A stretch of DNA of 64,000 bases from positions 1 to 64,000 of IMG/VR virus record IMGVR_UViG_3300035520_001173. One strand, 5' to 3'. Shown in pieces: positions 17,971 through 27,509 of this stretch (within the stretch, counting starts at the first letter, position 1; each line of letters begins with the position of its first letter). Both the position numbers and the translations under genes were made by a program. Source of the stretch: a virus. Lineage: Duplodnaviria; Caudoviricetes. Below the pieces are notes generated by a model. That model was not told where the DNA came from, ran no database searches, and saw only the letters and a list, made by a program, of their open reading frames with translations.

Positions 17971-18161
17971 GTAACAATAATAGCAGTTCAGGTGGTATGG
18001 GCTTTTGTTCAGTCCTATTTTTGATATTTTTAGTGCTTAAACTAACTAATACAATAGATTGGTCGTGGTGGTGGGTAACTTCGCCATTGTGGATTGGCTC
18101 AGCCCTTAGTATATTAATTTTAGCTATTGTAATTATTATTGGCAATAGAAATAGATTCTAA
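17967..18161 (+). CDS. Small membrane protein
   Basis: GGMGFCSVLFLIFLVLKLTNTIDWSWWWVTSPLW, two hydrophobic helices. Confidence 0.7.
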   Translation: MSNNNSSSGGMGFCSVLFLIFLVLKLTNTIDWSWWWVTSPLWIGSALSILILAIVIIIGNRNRF

Positions 18162-18182
18162 GCGTAACATAATTTAATAACA

Positions 18183-18220
18183 AGAAAAAGTGGAGCGATT
18201 GTTGTTGCCCCACTTTTTCT
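18183..18220. terminator. Bidirectional terminator
   Basis: AGAAAAAGTGG...CCACTTTTTCT between convergent genes. Confidence 0.75.
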
Positions 18221-18749
18221 ATTTTAAATATTCTTTGATCACTTTTCGTGAAATGTTTTCTATCAATTTTTGAAGTTTAATGCTCTCGTCTAATTCTTCT
18301 TTCGGTAGTTCTTCTGCCCTAAGTATGTCAATTATTCTGCTTTGCCAAGTTGCTTTGTGCTTCCTCTGAATATTATTGATTCTTTCTATACGGTCGGCAC
18401 CATCCCCATCCCAATAGAAAGTTTTTGTGTGGTCTTCGTTGTACATGAAACGAACAGAGAAAGAATGGCCACCATCACCAATTTCTGAAATCGCCGATAA
18501 AAGTCTGACGAAATTACTTATAGCCTCTTTATCGCAATCTGTTGAAAGTAAGATATGCTGCCCTCTTTGATTATCTACGGGCATATATTTTGTATTCCTA
18601 AAACGCAGTGGTTTATCGAAAATTATATCTCTACGATAGTAAGAATCATCACTATCTAATGTTATATAAGCCCTGCCTTTGAATTTCGTTGAGACTACGA
18701 AATCAAGTATCTTTTTGGCCTCACTTCCATCATTAAATTCAATTGTCAT
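18219..18749 (-). CDS. Hypothetical late protein with C-terminal helical tag
   Basis: GDGGHSF...WDGDGADRI; ends LDESIKLQKLIENISRKVIKEYLK; late motif at 18774-80 (minus strand). Confidence 0.6.
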   Translation of the reverse strand: MTIEFNDGSEAKKILDFVVSTKFKGRAYITLDSDDSYYRRDIIFDKPLRFRNTKYMPVDNQRGQHILLSTDCDKEAISNFVRLLSAISEIGDGGHSFSVRFMYNEDHTKTFYWDGDGADRIERINNIQRKHKATWQSRIIDILRAEELPKEELDESIKLQKLIENISRKVIKEYLK

Positions 18750-18781
18750 GGAATTTTTTTTCTACTTTTTTCAATAAATAT

Positions 18782-18812
18782 TTTGTTGTTTTAAAATTAA
18801 TACTTACTTTTG
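18782..18812 (+). promoter_or_regulatory. Bacteroidota-type primary-sigma promoter
   Basis: TTTG (18782) -19 nt- TACTTTTG (18805). Confidence 0.75.
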
Positions 18813-18837
18813 CAGTGTAACTAAAAAAAACAAAATT

Positions 18838-19599
18838 ATGAATACTAATAAGTTGGAAAGAGACATAATTGTTTTATTGGGCTGTGCCGAGGTTGCGAAT
18901 AACGCAGTAAGGTGTGACGGTTTAAGATGCTCCAAGAACGCCTTTTACATCCTTAAGTCAATTTCGCTTTATTACATCGTACAGCAAATTAAAAAAGGCA
19001 ATTTACCTAATATTACTTATAAGATAACTGGGGTACAAAAGAACGAAAATCATGATAGTATGTACTTTTCAATTGATTTTAAGTATAAAAATCGGTATTA
19101 TACGTTTTGCCAACCATTCGTTAGTAAAATTCCTTATAATGCTTTATTTCAATTAGTAAAACCAGAATTAGAGGCTATATCTGTCATAGATAGGCACTTG
19201 CCCAAACCATCTCTGCATGGGAGCGCTAATGGCATATTTCAAAAAGCTTTCATAAAAATGCTCTGCATTCACCACGACCATAGATGGGCTTGCATGGACG
19301 GATGGAGTGATGATGAATGGTTTGTGGTGATGAAACTGTTTTATTGGAATATTACTCTTGAAAAGATAAATCTACCTTTTACATATTCTTTGGTTAATAT
19401 TAAAACCGAAGATAAAACCTATAGTGTAACATTTAGGGAATTGAGGTGTTCTCCTGATAAGTATTTCAGTTATCTAATGGGTTGCTTCGTGACCAACACA
19501 AACAAAAAAATTGTAAAACAGGACTATCGTGCTCTTTTTTATCAAAACATCAATAATAAAGATTTCTTGAAAGGCCGATGGTTCAGAAGATTTTTTTAA
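18838..19599 (+). CDS. Hypothetical protein
   Basis: 253-aa ORF directly after a host-type promoter. Confidence 0.6.
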   Translation: MNTNKLERDIIVLLGCAEVANNAVRCDGLRCSKNAFYILKSISLYYIVQQIKKGNLPNITYKITGVQKNENHDSMYFSIDFKYKNRYYTFCQPFVSKIPYNALFQLVKPELEAISVIDRHLPKPSLHGSANGIFQKAFIKMLCIHHDHRWACMDGWSDDEWFVVMKLFYWNITLEKINLPFTYSLVNIKTEDKTYSVTFRELRCSPDKYFSYLMGCFVTNTNKKIVKQDYRALFYQNINNKDFLKGRWFRRFF

Positions 19600-19619
19600 C
19601 ATTTAAATAACAATAAATT

Positions 19620-20384
19620 ATGAGTGTTTTTGAAACTATAAATATTGGCTCTAAATACCAAAAAACCGTTCAGGCCACCATGCAAAAAGAACGAGAACTT
19701 AAAGAGCTTCTCAGCGAACAAGAAAGAATTTTAAATAATTTCAAGAAATCTTGCGAAGAATTAATGCATAAAGTTATCACATTTAAGCGTGATAGTGAAA
19801 CTATTTACATGTCCGTTTATGGTTTTGATTACCGTAGTGATGGTATTGCATTGAAAGGTGCGTCAATTACACCTCGCTTTGGCCGTTACGTCTTTCGCTC
19901 GGAAGATAGAGTAACTTTGTTCGCCCTTGACCATATGTGGTTTTTCCGTTATCTGCGTGAGATATCTCAAGAGGAATTTCGTGGTTTAGCTGATTCTATT
20001 TTAGATGAAACTATAGAAATCAACAGTAAAAACGCAAGGAATATTATTCCATGCCCCAATAAAGCGCAGGAATGGCAGTACGAAAAGTTTAATGAACTAT
20101 GTGATACTGTGTATTTCGATGAGGATACTAAGACGTATTATAAGGCCGTTGATGTTGAAATATCTTGTGATGATACCATCGAAGTTGATTTTATGGCAAT
20201 TCATCTTCAGCAAAAATCAAACGAGCCCAAATATACCATCTCTTTTGAGGCATATTCTTTGAGCGAAAACGAAATAAATAGAAAACTCAATAATTGGAAT
20301 ACAGTTGATGCCCTTACATTTAGGTATGATTTGGAAAGAGCTTTTGGTTTTGAATTTGGTAAACTTGAAAGACAAGATATGTGA
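19620..20384 (+). CDS. Hypothetical protein related to 17077/17554
   Basis: N-terminal coiled coil, then REISQEEFRGL. Confidence 0.6.
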   Translation: MSVFETINIGSKYQKTVQATMQKERELKELLSEQERILNNFKKSCEELMHKVITFKRDSETIYMSVYGFDYRSDGIALKGASITPRFGRYVFRSEDRVTLFALDHMWFFRYLREISQEEFRGLADSILDETIEINSKNARNIIPCPNKAQEWQYEKFNELCDTVYFDEDTKTYYKAVDVEISCDDTIEVDFMAIHLQQKSNEPKYTISFEAYSLSENEINRKLNNWNTVDALTFRYDLERAFGFEFGKLERQDM

Positions 20385-20437
20385 AATCAAAAAAATAAAA
20401 ATTATGTTAATAATTACAAATTAATAGCACCGAGGCG

Positions 20438-20758
20438 TTGCAAAAGTTAATTGCCGAAGATGCGGAGTTCGGAATCGAAGTAAAATCTGCCGTTATTAAC
20501 AAATTAGCAAAATCATATGTAAAGTCATTGGAGAACAAAGATATTATTCCTTTCTTGAATGCACAGCTCAACAAAACTCTGTATGGTACAGAATCATATG
20601 GGCAATATATTCGTCAATATTTAGATGGCGGAGTAAAAGAACTGATACATGAGCTTATTAAGGAAGAACTTAAAACTTTTATTCTCGAAGAAATTAACAA
20701 GACTGCTGATGAAATCAGAAAGTTTATTTCTGAAAAAAACTGGCGAAGTTGTGACTAA
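20438..20758 (+). CDS. Hypothetical protein; true start possibly ATG 20404 with a +1 indel
   Basis: The frame upstream reads LQINSTEALQKLI; ATG 20404 is out of frame by one base. Confidence 0.5.
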   Translation: MQKLIAEDAEFGIEVKSAVINKLAKSYVKSLENKDIIPFLNAQLNKTLYGTESYGQYIRQYLDGGVKELIHELIKEELKTFILEEINKTADEIRKFISEKNWRSCD

Positions 20759-20905
20759 ATTATTTCCTACCAACTTAGCTCGAACATACCATGATACAAT
20801 GAGGGCTACACTAAGAGAGATTATGGAAGATGCCCAAAATCAAGTTAACGAGAGTGGCATTGGAAAGGAGTACGAAGAACTTAAAAATAGTGCCATTAAA
20901 CAACA

Positions 20906-21421
20906 ATGACAACCGAACAGAAAATATGCAGTATTTGTGGTGATACTTTTTTCTACCACCCATCGGGCTATGTCGGTGATTATTATGGCATCTCACTTAA
21001 TAATCAAGGCGTATGCCCATGCTGTATAAAGGAATTTATTGATTTGAAAAGGGAGAAAAATCTTCCAATTAGGAAATACTCTTTTCGTTATAAAGAGGTT
21101 TATGACAGTGCCTTAATGGACGATATTCGTGGCCAAATTGAAGAATATCAGGAAAAGGCTGCCAATGGCAAATTTCCAAGAGCACATACAGTATTAGCTT
21201 ACTTTGTTGGTGGTAATGATGCTACGGCTGAAGAATTTAAAGTGGTGAGAAATCAGTTTTGCTACATATATCATCGTAATAATGATGGTACTGAAAAGAT
21301 TTTCAAACGCATGAAATTTGACATCATTAATAATGAATTTTCCAATGAACCTAATATCGTTAAAACGAATGACCACGTTATTCCTGTCAGTAGTTATCTC
21401 GGAGCGATAATGCCCAAATAA
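20906..21421 (+). CDS. Hypothetical protein with N-terminal Zn finger
   Basis: CSICG...CPCC. Confidence 0.6.
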   Translation: MTTEQKICSICGDTFFYHPSGYVGDYYGISLNNQGVCPCCIKEFIDLKREKNLPIRKYSFRYKEVYDSALMDDIRGQIEEYQEKAANGKFPRAHTVLAYFVGGNDATAEEFKVVRNQFCYIYHRNNDGTEKIFKRMKFDIINNEFSNEPNIVKTNDHVIPVSSYLGAIMPK

Positions 21422-21531
21422 CTTGTAAATTTATATATTTAAATTATTAGCAAATAATATTTCAGAGTATGAAAAACAATGAACAGCAAATAATAGAAAA
21501 GATTTTAAACGAATTATAAAAAATAAAGACA

Positions 21532-21948
21532 ATGAGTAATCAACCTAAGAAAAAGAAAAATAAAAACAAGGGTTCGAAACTTCTTTATGAGGTTTACCGA
21601 AGTTTTACATACAGAGCAAAAAATATTGAATTCCCTGTAAAGGCAGGCGATGAACATGAATACATATGCAGCACGTGTGGCCAACGTCAAATCGTAGTAG
21701 CGAAGGATGATGGGGCTTTCCCTTCGAAAATCACTTGCACCAACTGCCGAAGTGATGCAAGCTCTTATGGCGATTTAGTTGAAAATAATCGAACAGGCGT
21801 TGTTGTAAGAAATTTAATTAGGCCTAACTTTCAACAATTTGCAAAACTCCCAAAAGGTTTACAAAATTTAGTTCTCAATGGACTTTTGGTTTTTGAAGAC
21901 GAAGTTCAGGATATTTCAAATAAAATTACCAAAACATTCACAGTATAA
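21532..21948 (+). CDS. Zn-ribbon protein
   Basis: CSTCG...CTNC. Confidence 0.6.
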   Translation: MSNQPKKKKNKNKGSKLLYEVYRSFTYRAKNIEFPVKAGDEHEYICSTCGQRQIVVAKDDGAFPSKITCTNCRSDASSYGDLVENNRTGVVVRNLIRPNFQQFAKLPKGLQNLVLNGLLVFEDEVQDISNKITKTFTV

Positions 21949-22026
21949 AGATAATAATAGTGGTTGTAATCTATGACCACTATTTTTTGTATATTAGATA
22001 ACAATTAAATTAATCTCGTAGATAAC

Positions 22027-22593
22027 ATGCAGGATTTGTCTGATAAAGATATGGCAAAATTATCTTTGAAACGGATAATTAATGCCATGGGCAAAACAAT
22101 GGACATTGATCAATATATAACGATTGAACCGTTTTATTATATTAATATCGGCTATTATGAACGAGAGATTAAAAATCTCAGCAAGCTTAATGAAGATGAA
22201 TATAGTAAAACCGACTATGCCCTTAATTCTACTAAAAATAAAAAGTCTTATTTTGACTCAGATATAGAAGATTGTAAGCGTAAATTAAATACTAATATCA
22301 CCAATGTTAAAACAATACTTGAATGGAAGTGTCCTAAAAGGTATCTCTGTGTTAAAGCATCCCTTTTACGAAGGTATTTTCATCAAATAGTTTGGTATAT
22401 GAACCGTTTGAATCTTCCCTTATACAGAGATTACGAGATTTCCATAAAGGGTAGTTCTTTGCAGACATTAAAAGATTACTTTGAGATGAAATTAAAAGGA
22501 ACAAAAGAAGCTTTGGAAATTTTGCAAAAGATAGTCAAAGTTTGCAATAAAGAAGTAGATTCGTTTGCTAAAATGTTAATAGAAATTGAATAA
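22027..22593 (+). CDS. Hypothetical protein
   Basis: 188-aa ORF. Confidence 0.55.
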   Translation: MQDLSDKDMAKLSLKRIINAMGKTMDIDQYITIEPFYYINIGYYEREIKNLSKLNEDEYSKTDYALNSTKNKKSYFDSDIEDCKRKLNTNITNVKTILEWKCPKRYLCVKASLLRRYFHQIVWYMNRLNLPLYRDYEISIKGSSLQTLKDYFEMKLKGTKEALEILQKIVKVCNKEVDSFAKMLIEIE

Positions 22594-22595
22594 GT

Positions 22596-23532
22596 ATGGG
22601 ATGCTTTAATATTACAGGTTTTGCCTCACAATTACCTATTGAAGGCGATGATGAGGTTATTGCATTTGTAGGAGTTACGAATGAAATAGATCTTAATTGC
22701 TATCCTGACGGTTTAATCAATTTATTTTTCGCTGCCAATATACGCCAAATATGATGAATATGGCGGCGTTTATGATATTGTCAATGATGAACATACCAAG
22801 TTACTGTGTCAATATTTCAAAATCGAGGAAAATAAGTTAGCCAATTTTTTAAATGACCTCAATAGCAGTAAGTTGGATGTCTTTAGAGCCGAATGGTTTG
22901 TTAGAAATAAAAAGTCTCGACCTGTTTTGTTAATTGAAAATAGGAAGATATATGAGTATTTATCTAAATTCGTTACAGATGATATGATGGCGGATGATAC
23001 TGTAGACCCAACTAAGATACTGAAGGATTTTTATTGGGATTTTTTGAGTTATATCGATGAGTACAAAGATATAATAACGGGGCGTTTAGCTAATCCACTT
23101 TGGGGGACATGGCTGCCATTAGGCGCATACATATATGAAACGGCATTCAATGTTGGTAAAAAATCAGATAGTTCTGAGATAAATAAGATAAACATTGAAA
23201 GATTAAGACAGTTAAAGAAACGGACTGATGAATTTCAAGAGAGAATAGATAGTTTAAAATGGTGCTTCCCACAAAATCATCAAATAGGCTATTTTACACA
23301 TCTCTCGTTGTCCAAGCTCTTAAAAGATAATCATTCTTACTTTAAATTTTTGCATGATAATGTTGAGGAAATTGTTAAATTGAGTAATTTCTACCGAAAT
23401 TCTTATCATTGCCAACGTATTTGGCAAGAAGGTTTATGCGGTTCTCAATATTTTGATGCAAAACAACTAATTGGACTGCATAAATTATGCATTGATGTTT
23501 TGAAGAAAAAACTCGAAGAAGAAGGGTTATAA
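22596..23532 (+). pseudogene. Hypothetical gene frameshifted at a T5 run
   Basis: MGCFNITGFASQLPI... stops at 22752; removing one T at 22725-29 gives SLPIYAKYDEYGG..., continuous with ORF 22873..23532. Confidence 0.7.
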
Positions 23533-23599
23533 TAGCCAAAAAATGGTATATTTTAGACGATTAATAAAATAATACAAATATAAAAACTTCACTAAAGAA

Positions 23600-25192
23600 A
23601 TGACAAACATTAATTTAGAAAAGAAGAGCGGACAATATGGACAAACCTTATTGAATGCGATGTTACTTGCTGATGGCTATAAATTGGGCCATAAGACAAT
23701 GTACCCAGAGGGGATGACTAAACTATTCAGTAATTTTACTCCCCGTGGCAATAAGTACCTTCCCGAAGCTACAGAAGGTATGGTAGTTTTCGGTATTCAG
23801 TACTTGATAAAGAAATATCTTATTGAATATTTCAACGAGAATTTCTTTAATCTTGACGAAGATACTGTTGTAAAGTCTTATAAAGACTTATTGTTCTCAT
23901 TCTTGGGCGAGGAAGCTGCGAACAAAATTGGCACTGAGCATATTATAGCTCTTCATCGTCTTGGATATTTGCCGATTAAGATTAAGGCCCTTCCTGAGGG
24001 TTCTTACTGTCCTGTCGGTTGCCCTGTTCTTACAATCACCAATACTCATCCTGATTTTGCGTGGTTGACTAATTATCTTGAAACATTGATATCCAATGTA
24101 CTGTGGCACCCGATGACTTCTGCTACGGTTGCCGACGTGTTCAAACGTGAACTCGTAAGACATGCCATCAAGACGGGATTTTTTAATCCTAATGATTGGT
24201 CTAACATTGAATTTCTTTGTCATGATTTCTCTATGCGAGGAATGAGCACTATTGAATCTTCTATTGTTTCAGGCATGGCTCACCTTGTTTCATTCTGTGG
24301 TTCAGAAACTATTCCTGCCATCAAAATGGTAGAATACTACTACAAGGCAAATCCTAAAGAAACTTTGATTGCTGCAACCGTTCCTGCTACCGAACATTCC
24401 GTGGAATGCACAAATGCTACCAACAATGAAGACGGTACCCCGAATGATGAAGTTTACTTCAAAGAAATTCTTGAAAAATTCCCCACGGGTTATATTTCAA
24501 TCGTGGCCGATGGTTATGACTATTGGCATTTCCTTACAACTATTGTACCGAAATATCGTAAAGAGATTTTAGCCCGTGATGGCCGAGTAGTAATTCGCCC
24601 TGATAGCGGAGACCCTGTTAAGATTATTTGCGGAGACCCTACTGCTGAAAACCAATTTGTACGAATGGGTTCTTATGAATTTCTATGGAATATCTTTGGT
24701 GGCCATTACAATGAGCTTGGCTACAAAGAGCTTGATTCTCATATCGGCTTACTCTATGGCGATTCTATTAATATAAAACGCCAACGTGTAATTTACGAGC
24801 AAATGGAGAATAAATTCTTTGCCTTAACTAATTTGGTGCTCGGTATTGGTTCGTTTAGTTACTCTTTGTTGTCAAGAGATTGTCTTGCTCTTGCTTGCAA
24901 AGCTACATTCTGCATTGTGAATGGGAAATCTATTGAGATTTACAAAGACCCGAAGACGGTTACAGGTACTCCAAAAAAATCTCACCGTGGCTTAATTCGT
25001 GTTGTTACAGATGAGGATGGTAAGTATCATGTTATTGATAGATGCACTCTCGAAGAAGAGGAAAATGACAACGAGTTAAAAACTGTATTTGAAGATGGTA
25101 AACTTGTCAGAGAGTTTACTTTTGAAGAAATCCGTCAAACTCGCCGTAAAGCCGTACTTGAATCGTTAGCTGCTCAATTGCCTCATGATTAA
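23600..25192 (+). CDS. nadV: Nicotinamide phosphoribosyltransferase-like enzyme (Nampt/NadV family; candidate Namat of NARP1)
   Basis: LLADGYKLGH, FSNFTPR, HDFSMRG, VPATEHSV, VADGYD, VVIRPDSGDP, LLYGDSI, IYKDPKT...KKSHRG. Confidence 0.9.
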   Translation: MTNINLEKKSGQYGQTLLNAMLLADGYKLGHKTMYPEGMTKLFSNFTPRGNKYLPEATEGMVVFGIQYLIKKYLIEYFNENFFNLDEDTVVKSYKDLLFSFLGEEAANKIGTEHIIALHRLGYLPIKIKALPEGSYCPVGCPVLTITNTHPDFAWLTNYLETLISNVLWHPMTSATVADVFKRELVRHAIKTGFFNPNDWSNIEFLCHDFSMRGMSTIESSIVSGMAHLVSFCGSETIPAIKMVEYYYKANPKETLIAATVPATEHSVECTNATNNEDGTPNDEVYFKEILEKFPTGYISIVADGYDYWHFLTTIVPKYRKEILARDGRVVIRPDSGDPVKIICGDPTAENQFVRMGSYEFLWNIFGGHYNELGYKELDSHIGLLYGDSINIKRQRVIYEQMENKFFALTNLVLGIGSFSYSLLSRDCLALACKATFCIVNGKSIEIYKDPKTVTGTPKKSHRGLIRVVTDEDGKYHVIDRCTLEEEENDNELKTVFEDGKLVREFTFEEIRQTRRKAVLESLAAQLPHD

Positions 25193-26216
25193 CAATTTTA
25201 CATTCTTTCTCGGACTCCCTGGATGCGGAAAATCAACGCATCTTCGGAGTATTCCGAGTTGTTACAATCTCGTAGAAAAATACTACACGAGGTATGGCTC
25301 TTCATTTTCGCTGACTGCATTTTATGATTTTGCGTATCCTCTTTTATCTAATGCGCCTGATAATACCTATGTTATCTCTGCGGATGAAATAAAAGAAGGC
25401 CTAAAGGGTTTTTCAAATGAGCATCCTGAATCAGTGCATGAGGCCTCGGTTCAAATGGCCCGCAAAATTATTTGCGACTTAGCTGAAAATAAAACATTTA
25501 GTGCCAATGTGCTTCTTGACGGTGGCGGCATAAATAACCATTATAACCTTGAAATTATTGAATTCCTTAGAAATCATAATGTAAAGAACATTAAATGTGT
25601 TTATTTTGACACTCCGATAGATGTATGCCTTAAACGTATTGAACAACGAACACGTAAAGTTCCTGTTGAAGAAATCTTCAAAAAGAATCTAAGATTGGAG
25701 GTTTGCAAGAATCGTTACATCCCTTTGGTTGATGAATTTGAAAAAATAAGCTACTATACAAACAAATACCTTTTGTTAGATATGGATGGCACTTTGGCTT
25801 GCTACGGCAAAGCTAAATATGATATTCATGGTAATTCAGATTTTGTTAGCAGTGAACTTTTCAAAAACCTTAAACCTGTTCAACATGTGATTGATTATGT
25901 GAAAGAGCATTTTGATATGGCTAATGTTTATATCATCACGGCTTGTGCTAATTCAATCGCATGGAAAGAGAAAAATGAATGGTTGGATAGGTATTTTCCT
26001 GAAATTCCTATTGAAAATAGATTGTTTGTTGGCAATAAAAACTACAAACATGTTTTTATAGAGCAGTTTGCTGATATGAAAAAATGGAAACGAAATGAAG
26101 TAACTCTCATTGATGATTTTCATGAAACGTTAGCAAAGTGTGATGAAATTGGGATAAATGCTGTACACCCTTCAAATATAACCGCACTTTTTGACAAATA
26201 CAGTTCCCTGTCATGA
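25185..26216 (+). CDS. P-loop kinase (AAA_33/PNK-like) fused to a HAD (NT5C-like) phosphatase
   Basis: GLPGCGKST Walker A, SADEIK, LLLDMDGTLA, LIDDF. Confidence 0.75.
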   Translation: MINNFTFFLGLPGCGKSTHLRSIPSCYNLVEKYYTRYGSSFSLTAFYDFAYPLLSNAPDNTYVISADEIKEGLKGFSNEHPESVHEASVQMARKIICDLAENKTFSANVLLDGGGINNHYNLEIIEFLRNHNVKNIKCVYFDTPIDVCLKRIEQRTRKVPVEEIFKKNLRLEVCKNRYIPLVDEFEKISYYTNKYLLLDMDGTLACYGKAKYDIHGNSDFVSSELFKNLKPVQHVIDYVKEHFDMANVYIITACANSIAWKEKNEWLDRYFPEIPIENRLFVGNKNYKHVFIEQFADMKKWKRNEVTLIDDFHETLAKCDEIGINAVHPSNITALFDKYSSLS

Positions 26217-26614
26217 ATATTCCGTACAATAAAGAAAGATGTAAACAAAGACTCCTTAAAGATTATCTCAAGCATGGTAAATTGGTTGTTGCCTTTGATT
26301 TTGATAATACAATTTTCGATTATCATTCATTAGGAGATGATTATTCTGATATCATCAGCCTTTTAAAACAATGCACCGATTTGAACTTTGATTTAATTCT
26401 TTTTACTGTCGATACGGATAGTCTTAAGTTGCACAATAAGATTACCTATGTTTCAAAAATTTTAGTTACGTCTAATTTTACAGTTAACGAGAGTAAAGTG
26501 ATGAAAGGCTCTATCAAGCCTTACTACAATATTCTCTTAGATGATAGAGCGGGTTTAGAAGAAAGTTGTGAAATATTAAAATTTGTAATAGATTATGCAA
26601 ACAATATACATTAA
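26213..26614 (+). CDS. HAD-superfamily protein
   Basis: VAFDFDNTIF and LLDDRAG. Confidence 0.7.
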   Translation: MNIPYNKERCKQRLLKDYLKHGKLVVAFDFDNTIFDYHSLGDDYSDIISLLKQCTDLNFDLILFTVDTDSLKLHNKITYVSKILVTSNFTVNESKVMKGSIKPYYNILLDDRAGLEESCEILKFVIDYANNIH

Positions 26615-27449
26615 TTGTAAACCATCAGACCCAACGGAAACTGGGATTGTAAAAACGGAAATCCTCACGTTCAACGATGGCGAGAAACATTTAATTCTTG
26701 GCGAAATTAATCGAAAAGATTCAGTGAAGGTTGTTTGCCGAATTAAGAGTTCTGATGATTTATTCATTCTAATGCAGTTGTCAGATATTCTTAAACGACA
26801 AGCAATCGAAGTTGGTCATTTTGTAATTCGTTACCTTATGGGTATGCGCTGTGATAGAGTTTTTGATTTCAATAGACCATTTACCTTGAAAATTGTTGCT
26901 GATGTTATTAATTCATTCAATGCCCAAAGCGTAAGTATTATCGAGCCTCATTCGGTTCGTTCTATAAACGAAATTAAAAATTCAAGTGATTTCGCTATGA
27001 TTAATTTCATGACTAACAAAGTCAGATTTGATTATAAGAAAGGTTTGGAAACTTGTTTTGTTGCCCCTGATAAAGGCGCAAAAGAGCGTTACGGCTTGTT
27101 TGTTCGCTTTGGTATTGAATGTTCTAAAGTTCGTGATGCGGCTACGGGTAAGTTGTCAGGTTTTAGTAATGAACTGTTAGATGGTAATCCCGATAAGAGT
27201 AATTCCAATTTGGTCGTTATTGACGACCTATGTGATGGTGGCGGTACTTTCTGCGGCGTGGCTGATATGCTCAAAGAGTACAATCCGAAAGAAACAACAC
27301 TTATGATTATACATGCTGTAAACTATGCAGGTATTCTAAATGTTGCAAAGAGATTCACCAATGTTTATATCACTAATTCGTATGCTGATTATGACAATGG
27401 TGAGTATGAATTACCGCCGAATGTGCATGTAGTGAAAGTGCCATTCTAA
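26595..27449 (+). CDS. prs: Ribose-phosphate pyrophosphokinase-like enzyme (candidate Adps of NARP1)
   Basis: TFNDGEKH, YLMGMRCDR, EPHS, VAPDKGAKER, KVRDAATGK, VIDDLCDGGGTF, IIHAV. Confidence 0.85.
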   Translation: MQTIYINCKPSDPTETGIVKTEILTFNDGEKHLILGEINRKDSVKVVCRIKSSDDLFILMQLSDILKRQAIEVGHFVIRYLMGMRCDRVFDFNRPFTLKIVADVINSFNAQSVSIIEPHSVRSINEIKNSSDFAMINFMTNKVRFDYKKGLETCFVAPDKGAKERYGLFVRFGIECSKVRDAATGKLSGFSNELLDGNPDKSNSNLVVIDDLCDGGGTFCGVADMLKEYNPKETTLMIIHAVNYAGILNVAKRFTNVYITNSYADYDNGEYELPPNVHVVKVPF

Positions 27450-27460
27450 TTAAAAAAAAT

Positions 27461-27497
27461 AAATACCGCCACTCAATTAAGAATGACGGTATTTTTT
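27461..27497. terminator. Terminator ending the NAD operon
   Basis: AAATACCG...CGGTATTT plus T tract. Confidence 0.7.
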
Positions 27498-27509
27498 ATT
27501 GTTCTTTTC

